This document shows, in pieces, positions 1 to 11,957 of a stretch of DNA of 64,000 bases (position 1 is its first letter; each line of letters starts with the position of its first letter). Under the pieces are notes generated by a model that searched no databases, was not told where the DNA came from, and worked only from the letters and a program-made list of their open reading frames with translations. Origin of the DNA: Lophium mytilinum (lineage: Eukaryota); the NCBI GenBank assembly GCA_010093605.1, contig MU004196.1:22606-86605 (forward strand), read 5' to 3'. A program made the translations under genes and the position numbers.

Positions 1-2760
1 ATATAATCCTTTATATATTTCTTTTATACTATATTATAGTAGTTATATATAGTAGTAGTTATACTAATTTTTAAGCGCAAGGCTATTCTTATACTAAACC
101 CTTTAAGTAATTTCTATTCTATACCTGCGCATTCTATAGCCTCTCTATATTTACCTTAAGCTACTACTATAGCTTATAAATTAAATTAAAGTTAATAGAA
201 CGCTATTATATTATATTTTAAGTATTATTCTTTATATATATACTCTATTTTATATTATAGTAGTTAAATGCAGTAGTATAAGGTTATACTGCACGTAATT
301 CTTAAAGGTTAATTTTCTCTATATTAAACTTACTTCTCTCTATCTAACTCTAACCCTCTAGCCTCTATAATATAGAGAACTAAATATTATACTAAATCTA
401 GTATAATTATAAGAAAAAAGCTATATAGAAAGAGAGTACTAAAGTATAGTACTATATAGTAGAAAAGGTAATAAATAACTTAAAGAGGTATAGAAACTAG
501 CTAAATAGAGCTATATAGTTAGAAAGGAATTAAGGCCCTCTTTTTAATTTTCTTCTTTTTCTTAGCTAGGTAACTCTACCCTATATATAGATAATAAGAT
601 AAAAGTATATATACTTACTAAATAGTTCTTTCTACTACTAGTAGAAGCTAATCTATTTAATTTAAAAGAGTTTTAATACCTAGAACTATATACTACCTCT
701 ATAGAAGTTACTATAGAAAATATACTCTTAGTACTAATAGAAATTACGCCGGATAAGGCCTTTAGAATTATAGAAATTATAAATAGATTTCTAAAGAAGT
801 ATAAGATATAACTAGTACTAGTACTTACCTACTTCTTTATAAAGTACCTATATAGAGAATACTACCTCTATCTATTTAAAGAATTAATTATAGTAGTTCT
901 ATATAAACTCTAGAAAGTATTCTATATAATAGTAAAGACCTATAGGCCTATTACGCTACTAGAAATAATAGGTAAGCTATTTAAATATATTATAGCTAAG
1001 AGGCTCTTTAAGATAGTAGAGAAAAAGAGTATACTACTACCTAGCTAAATAGAGGTATAGCTAGAATACTCTATATAGATAGTACTTAAACTTCTTATAG
1101 AATAAATCTATACTATATAGAAAGGAAACCTATAGCTAGTAGTATTACTTCTTAGCCTAGATATATTAGAAGTATTTAATTAAGTCTTATATAAATAAAT
1201 AATATATAATCTATAAATCTAAAGTATACTAGAGTAGATAATAAGGTTTACTAGGTTCTTTCTATAAAACTATATAACTAGGCTCTCTATAGAAAGCTAT
1301 ATAGTAGAACTAATTATAGTTACTATAGGTATTCTATAGGGCTCCTTTCTATTACCTATTCTTTTTCTTTTCTTTACTAGTATACTACTACTAACTCTTT
1401 AAAATAGTAATATAATAGCCTATAGATTTATAAATAATATAAATATTCTTATATATAGTAGAACTATAGAAATAAACTATAGAGCTATTAAGAGAGCCTA
1501 TAATAGATATATAGAATAGGTAAGAAAGTATAGTATAGTATTTATACTAGATAAATATTACCTAATATACTTTATAAGAGCCTATAAAAAAGTTAATTTA
1601 AAAGCTATAGTTAATATATAAGGCTTTATAGAGGGCCCTATAATAGACCTAAAAGTACTTAAAGTATAGGTAGACTTAAAGCTTAAATAGGGCCCGCATA
1701 TTAGTATTTATAAAGAATAAAGCTATAACCTAAATAGAAGTACTTACGCGGCTTATAGTATCTACCTAGGGTGCTAGCTTTAAAAAAGTACGCCTAATAT
1801 ACTTAGTAGTAGTCTAGCCTACTATTATATATAGATATACTATCTAGTATACTATACTAGGTATACTAGAGTAGCTTAGTAAGATAAAAATTAAGTAGCT
1901 TAAAATAGCCTAGAACTAATACCTCTAGAGAATCTTAAAAGTATATAAAACTATAAGTACTATAGTACTAGAATATAAAATATTATATCTACTACTTTAG
2001 CTAAAACTAAAGAAACTTATAGTAGCTTATATAGACTATATATATAAAAGGCTAGTATACTAGTATATTAAAATAGTATATAGTAATATATAAAGGGAAA
2101 TCTATATCTACTATAGGCTACTTATAAGGCTAAAGTATAGCTCTAGCCGCTATAATATACTCTATAACCTTATAGTAAAGGCTATATAGTTATATACTAG
2201 GTATAAAGATAAATTAAATAAAGCCTATAAGCGCTTAAAGTAATTTATAATTAAATATAAATATAAAGAAAGGTAGAAGAAGGTATAGAAGTTCTTTTAT
2301 AAAATAGAATAGTATAGGCTACTAACGCCGGCCCTTAATACTAGATAGAGTAAATAATAGAAGACTATATATAAAGGGCTTATAAAGGTTAAAAGTACTA
2401 TTTTTATAAATCTATAAGTAGAGTATATAGGGCTTAATAGATACCTATACTATATATAAGTGCTAGGCTACCTAATACTAGTTTACCCCTATAGATATAG
2501 CCTCTAATTACTATACTATATAGTAATAAACTATAAGAGGTATATAGAGAGTAAAGGTAAACTATTTAAGAAAGTAAAGACTTAAATATATAAGGAAATA
2601 TATAAAAGTAAAAAGAAATTTAAAGTAGTAGCTAAGTAGTTTCTATAGAAAATAGACCTACTACTCTACCTCTTAATAGTAAGAGAGATAGAAAGAAAGT
2701 AGACCTAGCTCTTCTGCTTAATACTATAGCCCTGCTATTATCTATAGCCTTACTATAACT
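1..2760 (+). mobile_element. RIP-degraded non-LTR (LINE, Tad1-like) retrotransposon ORF2 relic; left end probably outside window
   Basis: RT motifs fall in one frame and in order: YRPITLLEIIGKLF (941-), LSLDILEVFN (1151-), GIL*GSLLLPILFLF (1328-, from GIPQGSPLSPILF), YRFINN (1421-, the xxDD box after G>A), KVLKV*VDLKLK*GPHI (1652-). A C-terminal L*VEYIGLNRYL (~2412) lies in another frame. Most differences fit C>T/G>A changes. Confidence 0.88.
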
Positions 2761-3079
2761 AATAGCCTAGCTATTACTAATAGCCTTACTATTATCTATA
2801 GTCTTACTATTACCCCCTAACTATACTATAGCGGGCCTTAGCGCCCTCTTTTAACTAGTACTTAGTATAGATAGTTAGCTTTAGGTCTCTACTATATACT
2901 CTATAATATATACTTTCTATATACTTTCTATTTCTTATAGCTCTTTTATTTCTAAATAGCCTATCTACTTTATAATAGTATATATACGCGGCTTTCTTTC
3001 TTCTACTATTAGTTAGTTATACTATAAAAGCTTATACTTACTATAAGTAGCTATATACTTTCTACTTATAGACTATAAA

Positions 3080-3649
3080 NNNNNNNNNNNNNNNNNNNNN
3101 NNNNNNNNNNNNNNNNNNNNNNNNNNNNNNNNNNNNNNNNNNNNNNNNNNNNNNNNNNNNNNNNNNNNNNNNNNNNNNNNNNNNNNNNNNNNNNNNNNNN
3201 NNNNNNNNNNNNNNNNNNNNNNNNNNNNNNNNNNNNNNNNNNNNNNNNNNNNNNNNNNNNNNNNNNNNNNNNNNNNNNNNNNNNNNNNNNNNNNNNNNNN
3301 NNNNNNNNNNNNNNNNNNNNNNNNNNNNNNNNNNNNNNNNNNNNNNNNNNNNNNNNNNNNNNNNNNNNNNNNNNNNNNNNNNNNNNNNNNNNNNNNNNNN
3401 NNNNNNNNNNNNNNNNNNNNNNNNNNNNNNNNNNNNNNNNNNNNNNNNNNNNNNNNNNNNNNNNNNNNNNNNNNNNNNNNNNNNNNNNNNNNNNNNNNNN
3501 NNNNNNNNNNNNNNNNNNNNNNNNNNNNNNNNNNNNNNNNNNNNNNNNNNNNNNNNNNNNNNNNNNNNNNNNNNNNNNNNNNNNNNNNNNNNNNNNNNNN
3601 NNNNNNNNNNNNNNNNNNNNNNNNNNNNNNNNNNNNNNNNNNNNNNNNN
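3080..3649. other. Assembly gap (run of N)
   Basis: Continuous N run. Confidence 1.
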
Positions 3650-3944
3650 TTATAATAGAATATTAATATAAGTAATATATTAAATACTAGTACTAATTTA
3701 TTAAATTAGTATATATATATTATTCTTTTAAATAGTTAGTACTTTTATATTCTAGTCTTTTAATTAGCCTAGAAGGGTTCTTTAAGGCCTTTAGTTTACT
3801 TATATAACTTATTTATAATCTTTAAATACTTTTACTAAGTATTTATAATCTATTATATTTTTATTTTTATTCTCTATAATATACTTTCTCTATTTCTTAC
3901 TATAGTTTTTCTACTACTATAAAAAGGGGCTATATAGTATTATA

Positions 3945-4480
3945 ATAGTACTTATTTTAAGCCTTAGCTAGCTTTTTAGCTTTAGCTAGCTTTTTAGCCT
4001 TAAATAGCGCCTATACTACTTCTATTAAAAAGCTTTAATATTAAATAGTATTATATAATTAGTATATAGAGGGGTTAATAAATTAAAATAGCTAGAAAGA
4101 TATAGTAGTAATATAGAGGGGCTAGATTTATTATAGAGAGGCTATAATAAAATAAAAATTTATCTATTTTAGTATATTTATAGATATATAAATATATAAA
4201 TAGTAATATAATAGCCTATATATACTATAGAAAATAGAAAGTATATATAGTAAAATAGATATACTATATAGCTTTACTATAAGTAGCCTTATATATAGCT
4301 TTATATATAGCTTATATATATAGCTTTATTTATAGCTTTATCTATAGCCTTATATATAGCTAAGTATAGGCTATTAAAAATAGTAAAAATATATAATAAA
4401 ATAGAAAAACTATATAGTCTTACTATAAAGTACTAGAGTAGTATTTTAAGCCCTTTAGACTAATTAAAAGACTAAATAAG
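3945..4480 (+). repeat. Direct repeat copy 1 (~500 bp), paired with ~5930-6445
   Basis: Shared strings such as 'tctattaaaaag..taatattaaatagtattatataattagtatata' and 'tatataaatagtaatataatagcctatatatactatagaaaata' recur ~1.98 kb later. Confidence 0.85.
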
Positions 4481-5929
4481 ATAGAGGGTATATATATACT
4501 AAAAAGAGAATATACTTATACTAATTAAAGAAAGTACTAGTACTAGGTCTCTATTTTTAATTTTTAATTATAATATACTAGTATAATTTTAAAAAAAGTT
4601 AAAATATTTTTAAATAAGAAATAATTAGAGTAATAATAATAATTAGTTAAATACTAATATTATAAAACCCTATAAATAACTCTTAACTTTAAAAAAACCT
4701 TAGCCTTATTTAAAGTTTTAACCTTTAAAGAAGCTATAATAGTAGTTTAAATATATTAAGTAAAAATAGTTAGCTTATATTTTTATATAAATAGTTTAAA
4801 TATTACTTAAATAGGCTAGTATAATAGTAGTAGTAAATAACTCTAGTAGATATAATATTCTAAGCTAGTCTCTATTAAGTAAGTAGACTAATAATAGTAT
4901 AGCTAGTAGATAACTCTAAAAATATTCTATTATAATAGTAATAATATTATTTTTACTTTAATAATAAGTACTTTAGAAATAATAAGCTAAATTAGTAGAA
5001 ACTTTTAGGCTATATAATAAAAGTACTACTAATACTAACTACTTCTAGTAAGTAATTATATACTAGTACTATATAAGAGACTTTAAATATATAAAAACTA
5101 TTTATAGTATATTATTATTAAAACTAAATCTTTACCTCTAAAGAAGCTATATAATAAGTAACTTATTATAAAATAAGCTTATACTATAAAATAACCTTAT
5201 ACTATAGAATAAACTTATACTATAAAATAAGTATAGTATTTTTTTTTTTTTTTATAAAATACTAAGTTTATTTCTATAGCCTATTTATTCTATAGCTAAG
5301 CTATATTAGTCTTTTTATTTTTCTAGCTAATTTTATTAAGCTATTACTATACTAGCTTTTAAATAGAAAAGCTACTACTAACTATTACTTTCTACTTTTC
5401 TATCTACCTCTAACTATTACTATAGCTAAACTTTTTATACTTTTTTTTTTTAGTTTTCTATAATCTTTATTTTTTTAGCTATCTAGTCTTCTATTTATAG
5501 TAGTTTTTAGTAATTCTTAGTATTTATCTACTTTATATAGTTTACTATATTATTATAGAATAACTTCTAGATAGAAAAATATATAGTAAGATAGATTAGT
5601 ATAGATATATAAATAGTATATAATAAGTATCTAGGCCTTTTTTTAATTATAGAGAGTAGAGCTTTATTATTTATTATTTCTTCTTTTTATAAAGTCTACT
5701 CTAGATAGTATAATAGTTATAGTCTTATTTTTAATATAATATAATTAAGATTATTTTCTTCTACTTTTTTTTCTTTCTTAGTAAATATATTTTTTACTTT
5801 TATAACTATTTTACTTTCTACTACTATACTATATCTATTACTATATCTTAGTATATCTAAGAAGTATAGCTAGCCTTTTAGTTTAAATAATAAAGTATTA
5901 AAAAAGAAGAGAGTAGTTATAGAGTACTA

Positions 5930-6445
5930 GAATAGTACTAATTTTAGGCTTTAGCCTTAGTCTACTTTTTAGCCTTAGATAGTATATATACTACTTTCTA
6001 TTAAAAAGTTCTAATATTAAATAGTATTATATAATTAGTATATAAAGGCGTTAATAGATTAAAATAGCTAGAAAGATATAGAAATAATATAGAAGAGCTA
6101 GGTTTAATATAAAGAGGCTATAATAAAATAAAATTTAACTATTTTAGTATACTTATAGGTATATAAATATATAAATAGTAATATAATAGCCTATATATAC
6201 TATAGAAAATAAAAAGTATATATAGTAAAATAGATATACTATATAGTTTTACTATAATTATAGTTTTATATATAGCTTTATATATAGCCTATATATATAG
6301 CTTTATTTATAGCTTTAATAAACTACTAGAAATAGTAAAAATATATAATAAAATAGTAAAACTATATAGCTTTACTATAAAATATATATATATAAGTACT
6401 AAAGTAGTATTTTAAGCTTTTAAGCTAATTTAAAAATTAAATAAG
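5930..6445 (+). repeat. Direct repeat copy 2
   Basis: Colinear match to ~3945-4480, differing largely by transitions. Confidence 0.85.
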
Positions 6446-6763
6446 AAAAAGAATATATATTAAATAAGAAGAGAGTATAGAAATATAAAAAAAAAAGTAA
6501 AAATATACTAATTTTCTATAAATATAGTTTAAGTAAATATAAAGTTTACTTTTTAATACTTTATTTTTATATAACTTTATTTTTATAAATATACTTTATA
6601 CTTTATTTTCTATAGTTTATAATACTTATAGCTACTTTATCTTTATACTTATATTAGGTTTTTTTCTATAATCTACTATTATACTATAATATCTTAGGGC
6701 TCTACTCTTTATCTTTTCTTAGTTAAATCTTGTTTTCCCTAGCCTGTCTACGCCCCGATCGTA

Positions 6764-9226
6764 ATGTCCATCCTACCCCCCACCACTCCCTCCCTTAATC
6801 CCCAGTTCCAGGGCCTTAAAGACCTCTTCTTCCACTCCACTCGCATAGTCGGTATATCCCTCTTCCACACCCTCCTTCTCGGCCCGCTCGCCTCCTACGC
6901 CGAGGTCTACTTTCCCGGTCTCGCTCCTGTTTTCTTCTTTTATCACCTCGGCCCTCTCTGGCTCTTTTTCCAAGTTCCAGAAACTCGGCGTCTGTGCCTA
7001 AGTATAGTAGAGTGGATTAAAACCGACGCCCCATGCATAGGATTGCTGGGGGACATCTGGGGAGAGGCCGGGCAAGTGGGCACGTATCTTGTTGCTAGGG
7101 TTCTGATGCGCTATATTTCTCTTTCGGTTCTCAAGTCTCTACTGAAGATAGAATTCTACGCTCTGCTGCTTTCTGGGAGCCTCATCTTATTGTGGATCTA
7201 CCTCGAGCGTGCCAAGCAGGCCATCTTTACGGCCGCCCTCTTTATCGCAGTCCTAATCCCTGGTCTTTCCGTCCTCGCAATCCTTCAAATCCCGAGTGCG
7301 CTGATATACGCGTTCGCATACCTCCAAGTCCACCTCTCCATCTTGTATCGCCAGCTCTGGGCGCCTTTCATCCTATGCGGCGGAATGCGCGACCAAAGCC
7401 ATCATCCGGCTTACTCCTACAACCCTCTCCCGACCACCCGCTCCATTCGCCTGCTCCGCCTCCATCCCCGACGTTCTCTCGAGCTCCACTGCACACTCGA
7501 AACGCACACGCTCGGCCACCCGAGTATTCCAGCTTACGACACAATATCCTACCACTGGGGCCCATCCACCCCCACGCACTCCATCCTCCTCCATTCTCAA
7601 CACACCACAACCCACCTCCTCGTCCCTACAAACTGTTTCAAAGTTCTCTGCGACCGCGCCTCGCTCTTCCAATCCCGTGTTGTTTGGATAGACTTCATCT
7701 GCATCAACCAGCAAGACGCCCAGGAGAAAGGGGTCCAGATCCCACTCATGCGCGAAATCTACAGCCGCGCACGGCGGACGGTGGCGTGGGTGGGCGACTC
7801 CCTCGAAGCAAAGCTAGCGGATAACATGGTGAAGCGGATGTTTATCGATAACGCGAGCACGCCTACACGGGAGGCGGGCATGCAAAGCCTCGTTGAGGCG
7901 AACAGCGGCAAGCGGGACAAGGAGGCAGAAGCGCTGCGGGACATGCTGAAGCAACCATACTTCTTCCGCGTGTGGATGATTCAAGAAATCGCAGTCGCGG
8001 AGAGCGTCGATGTGCGGTACGGGAACGCGTGGTTGGATTGGGATATGCTGGCGTCGGTGTGTGCTGTTATTGGGGATCCGAGGCGGGGGAATCTGGCGGA
8101 GGCGATGATCGTGTTTGACCAAGGGCGCGGGAGGGGCTGGGCGCAGGTGAGCTCGCTCGACCGGTTTAGGGGCGAGGTGCAAGATGGAAGGGAGGTGGGC
8201 CTTGTTCATTTGCTGGGTGAGGCGGGAGCTTTCGGCGCGACTGAGAAGCAAGACCATGTGTTCAGTCTTGTGGCGATCAGCGCCGACAAGGGGCAGGTGG
8301 ACTTGTTCAAGACTTTTGGGAGCGCGCCGGCGGAGGTGTTTGCGCATACGACGAGGTTGTCGCTGGAGCAGGATGAGAGGCTATGCGCGTTGGGCTTTGC
8401 GGGCATCGGGCATGAACGACGAGTTGAAGGGCTGCCGTCTTGGGTGCCGGATTATAGCTGCCTGCCGAAGACGTCACCGTTGCAGAAGACGACAAATAAG
8501 CGCTTCTACCATGCGTCTGGATCGACGAAACCGGAGATTTCGATTGATGTGTCGTTGAATACATTGTCGGTAAGAGTGCTTGTCATCGACCAGATAGCTG
8601 CAGCTTCGACACACTACCTACGCCGCCAACCAAACGAGAACGATGCTTCCGAGTCTTATGCAGCGCAGCGTGGGCCATTCCAAGAGGAAGTGGAGTCCCT
8701 ATCTCGCCGCTGTGCACAGCCTTATCAAGTGGGCACCAGCACTCAGAGCCGTCGAGAGGCTACATGGCGGACCCTGATTGGGAATTGCGTGCATCCAATG
8801 ACGATGCAGGATAGCCTTGTCTACCCAGCTCCAGAATCTCTTGCCAACGGAGACCAAGCAATAAAGCGGCTCATCGATTTTGAGTCTCGCATTAAGGGCT
8901 TAGATCCGAGCGAGCTGCAACGAGAACGCGATACTGCAGTCTCCCTCGAGGAAGATCTGACACTATCGAGTGCTTACGGTGCTGCGGAGGCAGCGTGCTC
9001 ACAGGGGAGACGCTTCGCTGTGACGGAAGGCGGGAGAATGGCGATGGTGCCACCGGGCTCAATGCAGGGCGACTTGGTAGTCGTGATATTGGGAGCTGAG
9101 ATGCCATTCCTGCTGAGGAAAACGGAAAGCGAGTCGATGAAACTGGTTGGCGAGTGTTACGTCCATGGCTTGATGGATGAGGAGGCGATGGGATTGTACG
9201 ATAGTGCTACACTTACATTCACATAG
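6764..9226 (+). CDS. HET-domain (HET-6-like) protein with ~200-aa hydrophobic N-terminus
   Basis: Uninterrupted 820-aa ORF. HET motifs IRLLRL, YDTISYHWG, VWIDFICINQQD..EK..QIPLMREIYSRA, YFFRVWMIQE; also LPSWVPDYS and the HET-6-type tail GRRFAVT..G.MAMVP..GD.VV...G...PFLLR..LVGECYVHGLMD. Confidence 0.92.
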   Translation: MSILPPTTPSLNPQFQGLKDLFFHSTRIVGISLFHTLLLGPLASYAEVYFPGLAPVFFFYHLGPLWLFFQVPETRRLCLSIVEWIKTDAPCIGLLGDIWGEAGQVGTYLVARVLMRYISLSVLKSLLKIEFYALLLSGSLILLWIYLERAKQAIFTAALFIAVLIPGLSVLAILQIPSALIYAFAYLQVHLSILYRQLWAPFILCGGMRDQSHHPAYSYNPLPTTRSIRLLRLHPRRSLELHCTLETHTLGHPSIPAYDTISYHWGPSTPTHSILLHSQHTTTHLLVPTNCFKVLCDRASLFQSRVVWIDFICINQQDAQEKGVQIPLMREIYSRARRTVAWVGDSLEAKLADNMVKRMFIDNASTPTREAGMQSLVEANSGKRDKEAEALRDMLKQPYFFRVWMIQEIAVAESVDVRYGNAWLDWDMLASVCAVIGDPRRGNLAEAMIVFDQGRGRGWAQVSSLDRFRGEVQDGREVGLVHLLGEAGAFGATEKQDHVFSLVAISADKGQVDLFKTFGSAPAEVFAHTTRLSLEQDERLCALGFAGIGHERRVEGLPSWVPDYSCLPKTSPLQKTTNKRFYHASGSTKPEISIDVSLNTLSVRVLVIDQIAAASTHYLRRQPNENDASESYAAQRGPFQEEVESLSRRCAQPYQVGTSTQSRREATWRTLIGNCVHPMTMQDSLVYPAPESLANGDQAIKRLIDFESRIKGLDPSELQRERDTAVSLEEDLTLSSAYGAAEAACSQGRRFAVTEGGRMAMVPPGSMQGDLVVVILGAEMPFLLRKTESESMKLVGECYVHGLMDEEAMGLYDSATLTFT

Positions 9227-9457
9227 AAACGAGATCGAAAGGAAAGGCGAATGCGATCGCGGCACGTTTTGCAAGCACTGTCATGTCTCTTACCGTGTCT
9301 CATGAGCTGAGTCATCGCGATGCTGATTTTTGACCGAAAAGGATGCCTGAGTTGATGAGAATGTACAAAGTATCTTCATTGCCCGTATTTTGGGATTGCC
9401 TTCTCTGGTCACGTCAAGTCAACCCCCTAATCATCTGAACCTGGCGGCTGAGACCGC

Positions 9458-9855
9458 CTAAATGTCCAACTTCTTCGCCGCCTCTCCAACCAACGTTCTC
9501 CCAGGACTTTTCCCTTGAACCCACTCGTCGGGAGTGAACAACTCAAACATCCCAACTTTCTTAAGTATTGGGAGCGAGGCCTTCATCTGCTCAGCCAAAT
9601 TTTTCAGCTCTTTTTCATTCTCGTTTGTCTTGCTACCATCTGCGGCGAGCTCGTCGTAGCGGCGTACATTCTGCAGCAGAGCACCGACAGTTCCTGTGGG
9701 GACCTTCAGGCCTGAAGCGAGGGTGATGACGGAAAATGACGCTCCCAATGTCTTGGAGTTGCTTGATGCGAGAGAATCTACCTGGTTGACGCGTTAGTCC
9801 TGCGTGTTCTACGCGTGGGTGTTGACTAGGTTACTACTTCATTTGAAGAAGACAT
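9458..9855 (-). CDS. Small unknown protein (~110 aa), one intron near 5' end
   Basis: ORF 9458-9748 extends through an intron (branch CTAAC, acceptor CAG ~9782) to ATG 9855, giving MSSSNEVDSLASSNSKTLG...; TATA-like TATATAAA at ~9943-9950 on the minus strand. Confidence 0.75.
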
Positions 9856-10867
9856 CTCTTTGGTATTGAAGGCTACTAAGTCGGCTTGACGAGAGAGACC
9901 AAGCAGTGAGAATGTTACTAGAGTCAGTAGACAATGCGTTTGTTTATATACGTTGCTGATCCGAGAGTGGTCTAACGGAATTGCTCCAGTCTGCTCGATT
10001 GATTGTGTCAAACACGTAAGATGACGCGTCCGGCACGAAGGATGACAGTAAGTATAGGCATACCATCCTAAAAGATGACAGGAAGGTGGAAGACGGGATG
10101 AAGTGCTCAGGTCGGACCGATGGGGGGACACCGAGTGGCCGAGGCTGTCACGTGAACTCTTTTGAGCAGATACTTATTCCGGAGTCAACAGGAAAAGAAT
10201 AAATAAATTGCGTAACAGAGGCTGATTACAGTTTAAAAACACAATGGTGTTTCGATTAGTGTAATTTAGAGCTTTGAGGATTCTGTCATGTGATGAGCCC
10301 ACACCTGAACGCGAACTCATTACAAGTACCTTCATCTCCACATCAACAACCATTTGTTATCTTGCCTTTTGCAAAGAACTTCGCCATACTGTAAGTCTGG
10401 TAGTAGGGATTCGAAAAAGACTCGCACGGATTCGGTCGATGTATGTTAGATGCCCTCGCGACCTCTTGCGACAGATGACAAGGACAGAATCGAAAGGAAC
10501 TGCCATGAAAAGAGCGCGGAATTGTGTTGAAGATGAGTTAACAATGATTAGATTTACTCAAGGAGAATCTGGTAAATGGACGCTCTGCTAGTAGGTACGT
10601 CCCTTCTTGGATAACACGTAATATGACTAGAAATCCCTCCGGTCGTTCATTGCCTTCTTGCAATCAAAGCTGCTTTTTGAAGTTTCGGCGTGGAAGCTGA
10701 AGCAGCTGAGCTTTTCCATCATTCTCTACGTGGTACAATATCAACGACCCCGTTCCTTCGTGGACCTTCAAACAACGTGAGAATCTTTTGCCAGAGCACA
10801 ACGACAGCCATTCCCCTGGACACATCTTAGGCACGACCCAACCTTGAGTTCTGATTCCGGCTCCATA

Positions 10868-11425
10868 CTACGGCCCAGGGGGCAAACGCCTTGGCCCGAT
10901 GTCAGGCCTCTTTTTGATCGACGCATGATCCTCTCCAGACCGCAGCCTCCTACATAACTCCTCCGGATCAAAGTCCACCCCGATGGGATTCTCCGCGAAC
11001 TCTTTTGACGCCATAAACTTATCCGCGTCCTTGAGGTCGTCGAAATTATCCACCTGTGTCTCGATCTGGTTGCCATCTGGGTCTTTGTAGTAGATGCTCG
11101 TCGTCGGTCCATGATTCACACACCAGATCGGCTCCATCCCGTGCTCCTTCCTCTGCGTATAGGCTAGGGCCAAGTCATAAAGATTTGGGAATGTGAAGGC
11201 AACGTGCTCTAAGCCTGACGATCCTAGAACCTTTGGGGTTGTCTCCGGGACCGCGAGAATGGCGATTCGATGATGTTCGTCGTCGTATGTGATGAACGAA
11301 ACGATATCATTTTCGTAGGTTGTGTGGCCGCCTAGGAAAGTCTTGTAGAATTCAGCCATGGGGGTCAGCTTCTGGGTGCGTAGCACCACGTGAGCCAGCT
11401 TCGAAGGGCTTTGGACTTTCGACAT
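10868..11425 (-). CDS. VOC/glyoxalase superfamily protein resembling small single-domain extradiol dioxygenases
   Basis: Intronless. Motifs LAHVVLRT, ITYDDEHHRIAI, GLEHVAFTF, NHGPTTSIYYKDPDGNQIETQVD, with candidate His/His/Glu metal ligands. Confidence 0.88.
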   Translation of the reverse strand: MSKVQSPSKLAHVVLRTQKLTPMAEFYKTFLGGHTTYENDIVSFITYDDEHHRIAILAVPETTPKVLGSSGLEHVAFTFPNLYDLALAYTQRKEHGMEPIWCVNHGPTTSIYYKDPDGNQIETQVDNFDDLKDADKFMASKEFAENPIGVDFDPEELCRRLRSGEDHASIKKRPDIGPRRLPPGP

Positions 11426-11613
11426 GGTGAGGAACAATTTCTGAGGCGATATCGATTAGGTATTCGCGATTGCGTTTGTGGTTGCACATGCAATAAGGTG
11501 CAGGCAAGTTCGTCGCTAATATACGATATGTGGAAATAGGCCGGAAGCTGCAGTTGCGGAAACTGTCCGCTTTTAGCTACTCGTGGAGCTCGCGCTCCGC
11601 ACCTGTCCCACCA

Positions 11614-11623
11614 CCGAGCTCGG
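11614..11623. promoter_or_regulatory. Palindrome CCGAGCTCGG (CCG-N4-CGG), candidate Zn2Cys6 site upstream of VOC gene
   Basis: Perfect palindrome ~190 bp upstream of ATG 11425; near-identical copy at 14151. Confidence 0.4.
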
Positions 11624-11957
11624 GTCTCGGGACCTTCTCAATATTGCTGTACGCTGTACGCCTTGAGGTTCCCCTCCGGATCTACGGATGTATCCAATGA
11701 GCTGCTTCATGGCTGCGACGTCATACATCCGGCGATCACACCAGATGATCAACTTAGCATGCTAACGGAATCAGGACAGCGGACACGTGCAGGATAGCAA
11801 TTCCATGTATAACTAAGACGTAATGTAATCATTATACCTGTCCAATCTGGTAGATTACAGCCTAAAGGAAATATGAGTAATGACAAATGCGGACAAAATT
11901 TCTGGAATTCTGTCTATTCCATGTCGCATGATCATATCTTGCTATTTACACACTATT

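Larger units (their letters stand above)
1..6730. repeat. AT-rich, RIP-mutated repeat block (contains assembly gap 3080-3649)
   Basis: Very low GC, TpA everywhere, CpA/TpG nearly absent, no ORF >=60 aa in the track; abrupt switch to normal composition near 6730. Confidence 0.93.

Noticed and set aside
1..6730. Telomere or centromere assignment
   Set aside because: No TTAGGG/CCCTAA array seen; AT-richness alone is not diagnostic.
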